Numbered from the stretch's first letter, positions 37,132 to 48,500 are shown. The stretch: 64,000 nt of DNA from an uncultured Chitinophagaceae bacterium (GCA_964543705.1 CAZIZP010000005.1:1612-65611); one strand, 5' to 3'. The notes: generated by a model not told the origin, from the letters alone. Translations and numbers: made by a program.

Positions 37132-37602
37132 TTAAGAGTGCTCCTCTGTTTTTGTAACCGTAATGGTTTGTTTTCTTAATTTAACTACTATTGGCTGTGT
37201 TGAGTCTATATTGCCGGCAAGCGATGAGTCGCTGTTAATTTTCTCAATTGTATATATTTCTTTTTTGGTAATAGTAATGGTTTGATTATTCTCAGTTTCT
37301 TTAGTAACTGATGTTTTTATAAAAACGCGATTTGTATTTTCAGCAGGCTTTAGTGAAATTTTATTGTTTTCAATATTTAAACCAACTTCAGCAAGATTCA
37401 ACTTGTTATTTACATTGCTTTTTTGACTGATAATAGTGTCTTTAAGAATCTCAAAACGACTTTCGTCTTCTCTCTCAATAGGGTCTATATTAAAATCGGT
37501 ATTTCTTACGGGAATTAAATTACAAGGAAATGGTAGATAATTGCACGAAGATGCAATAAGCAACAAAACGGAAATTAAAGTAATAAAAATTATGCGTTTC
37601 AT
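37132..37602 (-). CDS. Hypothetical lipoprotein
   Basis: Signal peptide with lipobox LIASSC. Thr/Asn/Lys-rich mature region. Confidence 0.5.
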   Translation of the reverse strand: MKRIIFITLISVLLLIASSCNYLPFPCNLIPVRNTDFNIDPIEREDESRFEILKDTIISQKSNVNNKLNLAEVGLNIENNKISLKPAENTNRVFIKTSVTKETENNQTITITKKEIYTIEKINSDSSLAGNIDSTQPIVVKLRKQTITVTKTEEHS

Positions 37603-37726
37603 GGTTTCTTCAAATGCAACACTAAATTATAGAAAATCTTTTATATAGCAATATTATTTAAGAAGATTTTTTGTTGCACACCATCATAAACGGCAAAAAA
37701 GGCATTTTGGTTGCCTGCAATAATAA

Positions 37727-39382
37727 TTATCCTTCAAAAATTACAGTTTCGCTGTGGCTATACCAAATATCGTAGTGTGGAAGGTATTTATTTTCTATTG
37801 GGTTTCTTTTAATCTTCATAGTTGGCGTTAATAATCCGTTTTCTATAGTCCACTCTTCTCTCAATACTACCAGCTTATGAATACGCTCATGCTTTTCCAG
37901 TTCCGGGTTGATAATTTCCAGGGTTTTAGCAAGGCTTTGTTTTATATATTCTTTATCCTTCTCTCTGCCATCTAACGACAGCACTACCAAGCCAATAGGC
38001 TGTGGCAAGGTGCTGCCTACAACACACACTTGTTCTACAAAATGGTTTTTTGCCAATTTCATTTCAATGGGGGCAGGGGCAATGTATTTTCCTTTATCGG
38101 TTTTAAAAATTTCTTTTACCCTTCCTGTTATTTTTAAAAAGCCATCTGCATCTACTATTCCTTTATCGCCTGTGTGCAGCCAGCCATCTTTTAGTGTTGC
38201 TGCTGTCATTTCAGGTTCTTTATAATACCCTTGCATATTGCACGGCACTTTTACCAGTATTTCTCCGGCCTCGCTCAACTTCATTTCTACACCCGGCATA
38301 GGTTTGCCTTGTGTGCCAATTTTAAAATCGGGCTGGCGATTGGCATGAGAAATAGCACAGTTTTCCGTCATGGCATAAACCTCTTCTAACTCTACGCCCA
38401 GCTTTGCCCACCAATTAACCAATGAAGGTGAAATAGGGGCTGCCCCGGTGATGTAATGCTTGCAACGCTGTAAGCCCAGGCCTGTTAAAATTTTCTTCTT
38501 TATTATACTACTTACTATTGGAATAGAAAGCAGAATATTCAATTTGTTTTGTGGCAATTTTGAAAGTATGCCCATTTGGAATTTAGTCCATATTCTTGGA
38601 ACAGCAAGAAAAACGGTTGGCTGTGCTTCAGCTAAATTTTTCACAAATAAATCTAAACTTTCGGCAAACCAAATTTCGCTGTTAGTGTAAAAACCTACCA
38701 TTTCAATAAGCATTCTTTCTGCTATATGCGAAAGTGGTAAATATGAAAATAAACGCTCTTGTCCATCTACAAAACCAACAAATTCTTTTCCCATAGTTAC
38801 CGCCCATGCAAAGTTTCTGTAAGTATGTACTACTCCTTTTGGGTTGCCGGTTGTGCCAGAGGTGTATATGATAGACATAATATCGTCTAAATGTGCGTTT
38901 GGATTACCTTCCAGCGGCTCGTGTTGTTTAACAAGCTCTTCCCAGTAATGAAAACCTTCTTGTTTAGGGCCGTACCATGGAAAAGAAATACATTGTACAT
39001 CCGAAGAAACTCCGGCTTTCATAAAATTCCAGTCGTCTAACTTTCCAACTAAAAGTATTTTCGATTCACTATGTTGTAAGACATAGCTAAGGGTTTCTGC
39101 TCCCACATTAGGATATACCGGCACTGATTCATAGCCAGCCATCATAATGGCTAAATCGGCCATAATCCAATGGGCACAGTTTTTTGAAACCAATGCCACT
39201 TTCGATTTTGGTGGTAAATTATATGATTGAAGTGCCTTGGCTAATTTTCTAATTTCAGTAGCAGCCTGTTTCCAGGTAAACTCGTGCCATTGGCCATTAA
39301 ACGGCTGGCGCATAAACAACTTATCGGGAGTAGTAGCTTCCCAATGATACAGCATCTCTAAAGGAGTTTTCAATTCAGCCAT
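37727..39382 (-). CDS. Long-chain fatty acid--CoA ligase (AMP-binding family)
   Basis: AMP-binding motif IIYTSGTTGNPKGV, plus GWLHTGDKG and a C-terminal PTMKIKR. Confidence 0.85.
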   Translation of the reverse strand: MAELKTPLEMLYHWEATTPDKLFMRQPFNGQWHEFTWKQAATEIRKLAKALQSYNLPPKSKVALVSKNCAHWIMADLAIMMAGYESVPVYPNVGAETLSYVLQHSESKILLVGKLDDWNFMKAGVSSDVQCISFPWYGPKQEGFHYWEELVKQHEPLEGNPNAHLDDIMSIIYTSGTTGNPKGVVHTYRNFAWAVTMGKEFVGFVDGQERLFSYLPLSHIAERMLIEMVGFYTNSEIWFAESLDLFVKNLAEAQPTVFLAVPRIWTKFQMGILSKLPQNKLNILLSIPIVSSIIKKKILTGLGLQRCKHYITGAAPISPSLVNWWAKLGVELEEVYAMTENCAISHANRQPDFKIGTQGKPMPGVEMKLSEAGEILVKVPCNMQGYYKEPEMTAATLKDGWLHTGDKGIVDADGFLKITGRVKEIFKTDKGKYIAPAPIEMKLAKNHFVEQVCVVGSTLPQPIGLVVLSLDGREKDKEYIKQSLAKTLEIINPELEKHERIHKLVVLREEWTIENGLLTPTMKIKRNPIENKYLPHYDIWYSHSETVIFEG

Positions 39383-39409
39383 AAATAAAATTTTGCTTTT
39401 GGTGATGTG

Positions 39410-41536
39410 TTAAAATAAAACCACTTTCCGAATATATAATTTATTTTTTTGCTGCACGTGCAACAAGTAAATTCCTTTTGGAAAATTATTTAAATCAATT
39501 AAAGTTGTAGTGCCTTCAAACGCCTCATTAAAAACTTTTCTTCCCTGTGCATCAAAAACAATTAGGGTGCTTTGGGCAGCTTGCTGAAGTTTTATGGTTA
39601 TGCTTCCTGAAGCAGGGTTAGGAAAAACCTCAAGGTTTTCCATGTTATTTTCTGAAACACTTAAAGGCATTTCAAAAAACACATTTTCTGAAACTACACT
39701 ACAGCCGGCAGCATTACTTACCCTTACACTATAATAGCCCGATTGATTGGGGGTAAGAATATTAATATTGTTTCCGGCAATAAGCGTGTCGTTTCTAAAC
39801 CACTGATATTGAAAGCCCGAAATGGTACTCAGAATATTGTCAAAAACATTTATTTGTGGTAATGGAGGATACTCATTCACCGTTACTTTTGTTGTGCTGC
39901 TGTTACTACAACTGTTACTATCGGTAACCAATACCGTGTATGTTGTTGTAGTAACAGGAAAGCTAAGCGGAGTGGCTGCTGTAACATCGCTTAAATAATC
40001 GGCAGGTTGCCAAAGTATATTACCTGTTGCCACCACTTCCAGCTGTGCACTATCGCCCATGCAAATGCTAACATCACCTTTTGTTACTGCCTGCGGAAGC
40101 GGGTTTACAAAAACCGTTACCGTATCAAAATCAGAGCAGGTTGCCTGAGTGGCTCTGAAAACATAACTTGTAGTGCGTTGAGGATAAGCAACAGGCGTGC
40201 GGGTATTAAAGTTTGCCAGCCAGTCTAAATTAAACCATGTAAAAGTGCTGCCGCCAGTTCCGTTTAAAGAAACGGTATCGCCCAAGCAAATAGTTATATC
40301 ATTTCCGGCATTGGCAAATGGTCTGGGTTTTACCTGCAGGTTTAATTGCTGGGTTTCGCTTATGGCATGAATATTATTCCGTTCTTTTACTTCAATAACA
40401 GCACTTGTAGCATTGTCGAAATATACCTTTACAGTGCTTTGGTTAGCGTTGGCATCAACAATTGTTCCGCCTTGCACATTCCAGCAAAACACTGAGGTTG
40501 CACTGGCGTTATTAATGCTGAATGTAATCGTGTCTCTTTCGCAAATATTCTGACTGAAATTTACCATTGGTTTTTCAGGGCGCAGCAAAGCCCTGTACAT
40601 AAACCGTGTTATCCAGTTTGAAAAAGTATCTACCAGCGGAGCATTTAGCAACCAGGGTTCGTGCCCTTCTCCAGCCAGATAATAAAATTCATTTTCAATA
40701 CCAAGACGATTCATATGCTGAATAATAGGTACCGAACCAAACAACTGAGGAAATGCCGGATAGCTGAAGGGCGTATCGAAGGTTGGATATACCAGCCCAT
40801 CGGCAGCACCATGAATGGCTATCATGGGCACATCGCCTGCATCTATTAAAACAGTATCTACTATTGCGCCCCAAAGGTTTATTACTGCATTGGGCTTGCC
40901 TACATGGGGCAGGTTGTTTCCCGAACACTCCAAGCATCCTAAATCGGGATTATTATAAGTGGCCTGCAACATAGGGCGGTCTGCCTCTTTTGCATAAGCT
41001 GCATGAATAGCCATAATGCTTCCTGCACTGTTGCCGCCCGCAATAATTTTATTGGTATCTATTCTTAAAATGGCTGCGTTAGATTTAACATATCTTATGG
41101 CCGCCTTCATGTCTTGCACTGCACGATACACTGCCCTTACAGCCGCATCGGTACTGGCAGTATTAAAACACTTTCTGTAATCAATAGAAACCACCACATA
41201 ACCTCTTTGTGCCATGCCCCTGCAAAAATCTTCAATAGGCACCATGCGCCTGTCGCCTAGTAAAAAGGCGCCTCCATGGGCATACACTATAGCCGGTCTT
41301 TTCTGAATGGTGTCTCCGCTGGGTTCGTAAATATCTAAAGCAAAACTTACACTATCGGTATTGCTTTCTATTAAGCAAGCCCCCTGCAAATGTACAGGCC
41401 TGTTATATACTACGTTTTCAAAAGTTCTTGCTGCTGGAAAAATTTTATTCAGGTAACGGTTTTCTACGCATTGGGCGAAATTTTCTGAAACAGAAAAAAT
41501 AAACAAGGCAATAACGACAAACAGTTTTTTTGCCAT
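39410..41536 (-). CDS. Secreted carboxylesterase/lipase (HGG-type alpha/beta hydrolase) with Ig-like repeats and T9SS C-terminal domain
   Basis: VYAHGGAF and GGNSAGS motifs. Repeated DxxxC Ig-like modules. C-terminus FPNPASGSITI...GIYLLHVQQKNKLYIRKVVLF. Start set at MAKKLFVVIALF. Confidence 0.8.
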   Translation of the reverse strand: MAKKLFVVIALFIFSVSENFAQCVENRYLNKIFPAARTFENVVYNRPVHLQGACLIESNTDSVSFALDIYEPSGDTIQKRPAIVYAHGGAFLLGDRRMVPIEDFCRGMAQRGYVVVSIDYRKCFNTASTDAAVRAVYRAVQDMKAAIRYVKSNAAILRIDTNKIIAGGNSAGSIMAIHAAYAKEADRPMLQATYNNPDLGCLECSGNNLPHVGKPNAVINLWGAIVDTVLIDAGDVPMIAIHGAADGLVYPTFDTPFSYPAFPQLFGSVPIIQHMNRLGIENEFYYLAGEGHEPWLLNAPLVDTFSNWITRFMYRALLRPEKPMVNFSQNICERDTITFSINNASATSVFCWNVQGGTIVDANANQSTVKVYFDNATSAVIEVKERNNIHAISETQQLNLQVKPRPFANAGNDITICLGDTVSLNGTGGSTFTWFNLDWLANFNTRTPVAYPQRTTSYVFRATQATCSDFDTVTVFVNPLPQAVTKGDVSICMGDSAQLEVVATGNILWQPADYLSDVTAATPLSFPVTTTTYTVLVTDSNSCSNSSTTKVTVNEYPPLPQINVFDNILSTISGFQYQWFRNDTLIAGNNINILTPNQSGYYSVRVSNAAGCSVVSENVFFEMPLSVSENNMENLEVFPNPASGSITIKLQQAAQSTLIVFDAQGRKVFNEAFEGTTTLIDLNNFPKGIYLLHVQQKNKLYIRKVVLF

Positions 41537-41656
41537 AGCAGTTGGTTTAATTGTTAATGTTGAATTTACATTTTTTTTACCGATAGTTTGCATCACAGGT
41601 TCAGGTTAAATTTTGCTGCACATTAAAGCGTAAATTCGCTTACAAATTTTACAGCA

Positions 41657-42892
41657 TTGAGTCATCAAAGTTTTGAAACTATAGTACAGAAAAAAGAAGC
41701 TGAAAGAGCAGTTTTGGTGGGCCTGGTTACCCGCAACCAAACCGAAGAGCAGCTTTTTGAATATTTAGACGAACTGGCTTTTTTGGCAGAAACCGCAGGT
41801 GCCACTACTTTAAAACGCTTCTACCAGAAATTAGACAAACCCGATGTTTCTACTTATATCGGCAGTGGTAAGCTGGAAGAGATAAAGCAATATGTTATTG
41901 CCAATGAAATAGATCTGGTGATTTTCGATGATGAAATATCGCCCTCGCAACAGCGAAATATTGAAAAAGAAATGCGCTGCAAAATTGTAGATAGAAGCAT
42001 GTTGATTCTCGACATTTTTGCTCAACGTGCACAAACACTCCAGGCACGCACACAGGTAGAACTGGCACAAAACCAATACCTGCTGCCCCGCCTTAAGGGT
42101 ATGTGGCAACACTTAGACCGTATTAAAGGCGGTATTGGTATGCGCGGGTCGGGCGAAAAAGAAATTGAAACCGACCGAAGAATGATTAAAGACCGCATTG
42201 CGCGCCTGAAAGAGCAACTGGTAAAAATTGATAAACAAAACCAAACCCAGCGCAAAACCCGTGGCGAATTAATTCGTGTTTCTTTGGTAGGTTATACCAA
42301 CGTGGGCAAATCTACCCTTATGACTTTGCTGAGCAAAAGCGATGTTTTTGCTGAAAACAAATTATTTGCCACGCTCGATACTACCACCCGAAAAGTGGTG
42401 ATAGAAAATGTGCCTTTCTTGCTATCTGATACCGTAGGTTTTATTAGAAAATTGCCCCATCATTTGGTAGAAAGTTTTAAATCTACTTTAGACGAAGCAC
42501 GCGAGGCCGATATTTTATTGCACGTAGTTGATATTGCCCACCCCGCCCACGAAGACCACATAAAAGTGGTAAACGAAACCCTTTCCGAATTAAAAGTTAC
42601 CGATAAAAAGGTAATTATGGTTTTCAATAAAATGGATTTGTATGCCGAAAAACATTTCGATGAATTTTTGCACGATGAGGTAAAGCAAGAACTGAAAAAC
42701 AATTTAGAAAACACCTGGAAACAGCGCACTAATGGCGATTGTATTTTTATTTCTGCTACCCAAAAAGAAAACATAGATGCTTTCAGAAAAAAACTTGTGG
42801 AAGAGGTAAAAGAAATGTACCAAATACGCTACCCTTACCGCTCAGAGTTTTGGGGCGGAAATTATATTGTTGAAGAAAATACAGAGGAATAA
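41657..42892 (+). CDS. hflX: GTPase HflX
   Basis: TTG start. HflX N-domain ERAVLVG. G motifs GYTNVGKST, DTVGF and NKMD. Confidence 0.9.
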   Translation: MSHQSFETIVQKKEAERAVLVGLVTRNQTEEQLFEYLDELAFLAETAGATTLKRFYQKLDKPDVSTYIGSGKLEEIKQYVIANEIDLVIFDDEISPSQQRNIEKEMRCKIVDRSMLILDIFAQRAQTLQARTQVELAQNQYLLPRLKGMWQHLDRIKGGIGMRGSGEKEIETDRRMIKDRIARLKEQLVKIDKQNQTQRKTRGELIRVSLVGYTNVGKSTLMTLLSKSDVFAENKLFATLDTTTRKVVIENVPFLLSDTVGFIRKLPHHLVESFKSTLDEAREADILLHVVDIAHPAHEDHIKVVNETLSELKVTDKKVIMVFNKMDLYAEKHFDEFLHDEVKQELKNNLENTWKQRTNGDCIFISATQKENIDAFRKKLVEEVKEMYQIRYPYRSEFWGGNYIVEENTEE

Positions 42893-44111
42893 GTTGTTTT
42901 ATCACAAATCCATTTCAGCATTAAAGCAAACCTATATTTTGGTAGCAATGGTTATTGCATTGTATATAATGCTTTTACCTAAAGGTTTTGTGGGCGTTGA
43001 TGGCGAAAACTGGAAAAACTGGTCGCTTTATATTTTTGAAAATGGTTTGGCAAAAGCTTACAACAATACCGACATCAGTTACCCACCCATATACATTTAC
43101 TTTATTTATGCCTTTACCTTGTTGTTCGATTCGGCAGAAAAACTTTTAAGCCACTTATACCTTACACGCATAATAGCGTTGGCTTTCGATTTTATTATTA
43201 TTACAGCATTACTTAAGTTTTTTTCAGCAATAAAAATGCAGCCCGTCATTGTTTTGTTTTTATTGCTGAATATTGCTTTCATCTACAACTCGCTTATTTG
43301 GTGGCAAACCGATAGCATTTACACTGCTCTGGTTTTAATGAGTATTATTTCGGCATTATATAGCAATGTAGTGTTAGCAGTTTTGTTTGGACTATTGGCA
43401 TTGAATGCCAAGCTGAATGCAATTATTTATTTTCCGGTCTTAGTGTTGTTATTGTTGCCTGCAATAAATATTCAGCCTAAAAAAATATTTATGGCTTTGT
43501 TATTATCGGCAGCAGCCATGTTGCTTATTTGGTATCCTTTTTATGCTGAAAATAATATAACCACATGGATTACTGCATTGCAACAGCGGGTAAACTATTA
43601 CCATTTTGCTTCTATGAAAGCTTATAATTTCTGGTATTTGTTTTTAGATGAAAACCCGCGCAATGTTAGCGACAGTGTTTTGGTTTTTAATGCCATAAGT
43701 TATCGTGTGCTTGGGCTCATTTTGTTTGTTGTAGCGTTTGTTGCTGCCCTTTTTCCTTTGCTGAAAATGGTTTTATATAAAATGAAAACAAAAGTTTCTT
43801 TCAATGACAACGAATATGCATTTATTTTTCTAACGCTTGGACTTTTAACATTAATTGCTTTCTTTTTTCCAACAAGAATACACGAGCGATATGCCCATGC
43901 AGGCGTTTTATTTTTCTTTCTTTATGCTTGTTATACTGGCAGTTTCAAACTATATGTTTTGTATTCAATTGCCTATTTTATTAATATTGAAAAAGAAGCT
44001 CAATTTTTATTATTGCCCAACGAACTTGATGAATTAATAAAGCCTGAATATGTGGCAATTATTTATCTTTTAGCAGGGCTTTCTGCTTATAAAAAAATAT
44101 ATACTACATAA
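42867..44111 (+). CDS. Polytopic membrane protein, probable GT-C glycosyltransferase
   Basis: At least 10 TM helices. The first-loop motif NTDISYPPIYIY resembles the DYPPL loop of ALG6/ALG8-type GT-C enzymes. Start uncertain (TTG overlapping hflX by 26 nt). Confidence 0.5.
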   Translation: MLKKIQRNKLFYHKSISALKQTYILVAMVIALYIMLLPKGFVGVDGENWKNWSLYIFENGLAKAYNNTDISYPPIYIYFIYAFTLLFDSAEKLLSHLYLTRIIALAFDFIIITALLKFFSAIKMQPVIVLFLLLNIAFIYNSLIWWQTDSIYTALVLMSIISALYSNVVLAVLFGLLALNAKLNAIIYFPVLVLLLLPAINIQPKKIFMALLLSAAAMLLIWYPFYAENNITTWITALQQRVNYYHFASMKAYNFWYLFLDENPRNVSDSVLVFNAISYRVLGLILFVVAFVAALFPLLKMVLYKMKTKVSFNDNEYAFIFLTLGLLTLIAFFFPTRIHERYAHAGVLFFFLYACYTGSFKLYVLYSIAYFINIEKEAQFLLLPNELDELIKPEYVAIIYLLAGLSAYKKIYTT

Positions 44112-45378
44112 CAGGAAGTGTAAAATAAAAATGGCTGCCTTTATCCGATAGTTTTTCGGCAAGTATTTTCCCATCGTTTTTTTCAATAAATTCTTTACAT
44201 AGGGCTAAGCCTATACCTGTCCCTTTTTCATTTTCGGTACCGGGGGTTGTATGATTAAGCCCTACAAAAAGTAAAGCGACATCTTCTATATTTATTCCTA
44301 TACCCTCGTCTTTAACTGATACTTTAACGTAATTATTTTCCATTACTGCATCTATAGTTACAGTGGTATTTCTTGGGCTAAACTTAATTGCATTTGAAAG
44401 TAAGTTTCTAATAATAATTTTTATCATATTGGCATCTGCAAAAGCAAAAATATCATTAGGTGCATTGTTATGTATAGTTATGTTTTTTTGTTGTGCTAAC
44501 GGAAGCAGCATGTCTATTTTTTCGCTTGCTATTTGGTTTATATTTATATGCTGTTTGTTTACTTTAAAGCCTTTTAACTGGCTAGAAGACCAGTGTAAAA
44601 GATTTTCCAGCAATTCTGATGTTTGAGTAGCATTTTTAGAAATTTTAGAAACCAGCATTTCAAATTCACTTTTGCTTAAATTACCTTCAGCATGCATTAA
44701 TAAAATTTGGTTTAAACTTGCAAGTGGGCTTCTTAAATCGTGTGCAATAATTGAAAATAGTTTATCCTTTTCTTCATTTATATCTAAAAGCCTTTTATTA
44801 GTATCTAATAATTTTTGTTCATATTCAGTAAAGTATATTTTAAATGCACTTACAATGACATAAGCAGCAATAAATAAAACTGAAGTATTTATACACTCAA
44901 AAATAAATTCATTGAAAGGTTTATGTTGCCAATAGTAATATTTAAAAATAATTATGGCAAAGTATAACATTGCTAATACTGTAAAGCCAATGGTTTTCTT
45001 TTTGCCGTTAAAAAAAACCACCGTGCCTGAAACAAAAGCAATTAATATTATTTCAGTATTTACATTTTTGAAATTTAATACTGCATACAACGAAATTAGA
45101 GTTATAGACAAACATGTGTATGCAAAAAGTAAAATTTTTGCTGTATCGTATTGCTTATTGTGTTGTAAAAAATAAAAAGGAACTACCCCAAAAAGTATGG
45201 CCGCAAATTCAATAATCGCAGGCGTATATTTATAGGAAACAATATTTATAGGGATAAGAAATAAAGAAACAACTAAAACACTGGTGTTTATTGCATTAAG
45301 CGCGGCTATTTCTTTTGCTTGCTCTTTAGATGTACTATTGTTTAAGCCAACACACATCAATTTATTGAAAAAACGCAT
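44104..45378 (-). CDS. Membrane sensor histidine kinase (orphan)
   Basis: Six N-terminal TM helices. H-box FSIIAHDLRSPL. N box LLSNAIKFS. G boxes DEGIGI and GTGIGL. Confidence 0.85.
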   Translation of the reverse strand: MRFFNKLMCVGLNNSTSKEQAKEIAALNAINTSVLVVSLFLIPINIVSYKYTPAIIEFAAILFGVVPFYFLQHNKQYDTAKILLFAYTCLSITLISLYAVLNFKNVNTEIILIAFVSGTVVFFNGKKKTIGFTVLAMLYFAIIIFKYYYWQHKPFNEFIFECINTSVLFIAAYVIVSAFKIYFTEYEQKLLDTNKRLLDINEEKDKLFSIIAHDLRSPLASLNQILLMHAEGNLSKSEFEMLVSKISKNATQTSELLENLLHWSSSQLKGFKVNKQHININQIASEKIDMLLPLAQQKNITIHNNAPNDIFAFADANMIKIIIRNLLSNAIKFSPRNTTVTIDAVMENNYVKVSVKDEGIGINIEDVALLFVGLNHTTPGTENEKGTGIGLALCKEFIEKNDGKILAEKLSDKGSHFYFTLPVM

Positions 45379-45446
45379 TTAATGGAAATGTTAAGTCCTA
45401 AAGCTTTCCCGAATATAGTAATCTATATTTAATTTTTTTGTTATTA

Positions 45447-45485
45447 AAATAAAAAAGCCCCGAAGCTTTTAAACTTCAGGGCTTT
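45447..45485 (-). terminator. Rho-independent terminator of the DUF4397 gene
   Basis: On the minus strand, AAAGCCCTGAAG-tttaaaag-CTTCGGGGCTTT followed by tttttatttt. It lies 18 nt after the stop. Confidence 0.6.
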
Positions 45486-45502
45486 AAATAATTAATTAAA
45501 AA

Positions 45503-48500
45503 TTATTCCACTACAATTCTTCTTGTGAAGGTATTGCTTTCGGTTTTTACTTGAATCATGTAAACACCGGTTGAAATGTTGGCTGGTAAATTTACTAATG
45601 CTGAAGTTGTATTATGATTAGCATTTGCCAATTCAGCACCTGCTAAATCATATACTACTGTGTTTATAATGTTTTCATTTGCAGTTACTGAAACCGCATT
45701 TGAATTAACCGGATTAGGATAAATGCTTATAGCATTATTCAACACTAAATCAGTAGTATTCACTTGTACACAAGCAGGCAATGCTACTAGCGCGCCACCT
45801 GTAGGCAATGCAGCGAATAATCCAAACGCTTCACCATTGCTGTTGTTAGCAGGGTTTAAGAAACCTGATGCCAAAACGATTAAAGCATTTCCGTCTTGAT
45901 TTAATGAAGCAAGAGGAGCCTGATAGCAAGCTACAGTTGTAGTACCTGTTTCGTCTCTAACTTGTACTTCGTAATCATTCGTAGGCAATTCCAAATAGCC
46001 TTCAAATTCTCCGTAGCTCAAATCATTTACAATAGTGCCGGCACCTACTAATGTTTCTACAACATCTACTGTAGGCGCATCTGTTGCACCATGAAACACT
46101 AACACATCTGTATTGCCTGATGAAGCAGCAGCTTCTTGTGCAGGATTGAATACATATAAATCAAATGGTGTGGCTGGGCTGTAGCCTGTTGGGCTTACAA
46201 TACCGTTGGCAACGATTACGTATGTTTCATTTCTGTCTAATGTGTAATTGAAATTAGCAATGGCATCAGCAACTGAAGTACTGTTGGCTGGAGCTATTGA
46301 TACTTTATTATTAACGTCTGAATTCAAATCTATGAATGGTGTAGCCGTTCTGAATGCGAAATTGTCTATTTCTAATACATCATTAATATAAACATCAACC
46401 TCAGCAGCAGCAGCATCAGCACTGTTATGAATAACCTGTACTCTTGCTGTTGAATTTGGTAATGGTACTAATGCACCACCTGTAGGCAATGCAGCAAACA
46501 AACCAAAAGCAGGGCCATCGCTGTTGTTAGCAGGGTTTAAAAAACCTGAAGCTAACACTACTGCAGCAGCATCTTGTAAGCCTAATGTGGCTAATGGTGC
46601 TTCATATGCAGCTACAGTTACTGAACCTGTTTCGTCTTGCACCTGTAAAGCATAATCAGCAGTTGCTAATGGTAAATAACCTGCAAACGCTCCATAGCTT
46701 AAATCATCTACAACTGTACCTGCTCCAGCTTCAACTTCAGCTACATCTACTGTAGGCGCATCTGTTGCACCATGAAACACTAACACATCTGTATTGCCTG
46801 ATGAAGCAGCAGCTTCTTGTGCAGGATTGAATACATATAAATCAAATGGTGTGGCTGGGCTGTAGCCTGTTGGGCTTACAATACCGTTGGCAACGATTAC
46901 GTATGTTTCATTTCTGTCTAATGTGTAATTGAAATTAGCAATGGCATCAGCAACTGAAGTACTGTTGGCTGGAGCTATTGATACTTTATTATTAACGTCT
47001 GAATTCAAATCTATGAATGGTGTAGCCGTTCTGAATGCGAAATTGTCTATTTCTAATACATCATTAATATAAACATCAACCTCAGCAGCAGCAGCATCAG
47101 CACTGTTATGAATAACCTGTACTCTTGCTGTTGAATTTGGTAATGGTACTAATGCACCACCTGTAGGTAATGCTACAAATAAACCAAAAGCAGGACCATC
47201 GCTGTTGTTAGCAGGGTTTAAAAAACCTGAAGCTAACACTACACCTGCACCACCTTGTAAACCTAGAGAAGCCAAAGGAGCTTCATAAGCAGCTACCACA
47301 ACAGTACCGGTTTCATCTCTTACTTGCAATGCATAATCAGCATTAATTAAAGGCAGGTATCCCTGAAATTCTCCGTAAGATATGTCATCAACAACTGTAC
47401 CTGCGCCTGCTGCAACCTCAACTGCATCTACAGTTGGTGCATCAGTTGCGCCATGAAACACTAACAAATCTGTATTTGCTGTTCCGCCAGCGGCAGCTTC
47501 TCTACCGGTTGTGTAAACATATAAATCAAATGGTGTAGCAGGGCTATAACCTGAAGGACTTACTATACCATTGGCAACAATAATGTAAGTTTCTTCATCA
47601 GCTAATACATAATCAAATGTTGCAATAGCGTCACCTACGCTTGTACTGGTTGAAGGAGCAATAGCCACTTCAATATCGATTAAAGATGGTAAATCAGTAA
47701 AAGCAGAAGCTGTTCTGAAAGCAAAATCGTCAAACACCAATGTGCCATTAATATATACATCTACTTCAGCAGCAGCAGCATCGGCACTGTTATGAATAAC
47801 TTGTACTCTCGCAGCACCATTTGTTGCAGCTACAGACGGCAACTCTAACAATGCACCACCTGTTGGCAACGCAGCATACAGACCAAAAGCTGGTCCGTTA
47901 CTATTATTAGCCGGGTTTAAGAACCCTGAAGCCACAACAACTAATGCCGCCCCTCCGGCATTTAATGTAGCCAAAGGCGCACTGTAAGAAGCTACTGTGG
48001 CCAATGTGTTTTCAGTTCTTACATCTAAAGTAAAATCTGCAGTTGGTAAATCTAAGTAAGTTGTAAACTCGTTGTATGATAAATCATCAATAATTAGTCC
48101 TGCACCCACGCCACGCTCTACAACATCTACAGTTGGAGCATCAGTTGCGCCATGAAAAACCAAAACTGCTGTTTCATTAATATTGTTAGAAGTTTCTCTT
48201 CCAAGAGCATACACATATATATCGAAAGGAGAAGCAGGTGTGTATCCCGAACCACTTACAATACCATTAGCGATAGCTACATATGTTTCACCGTCAGCAA
48301 GTGTTACTGTTTTATTGAAAACAGAAGATGATAACGAAGTGTTTGGCGGAGTTAAATCAATTGTTAGTGGCACTCCTGAAGGCACATCTGTAAATGCAGT
48401 TGCCGTTCTGAAAGCGACATCTTCCAAAAATAAGTTTCCGTTAACGTAAACGTCAACCGTTGCTGCTGCGGCATCTGCAGAGTTGTGAATAATCTGCAAC

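Noticed and set aside
37640-37690. Inverted repeat AAAATCTT...AAGATTTT downstream of the acyl-CoA ligase gene, considered as a terminator.
   Set aside because: The stem is only AT pairs and the loop is about 22 nt. It is not convincing as a Rho-independent terminator.
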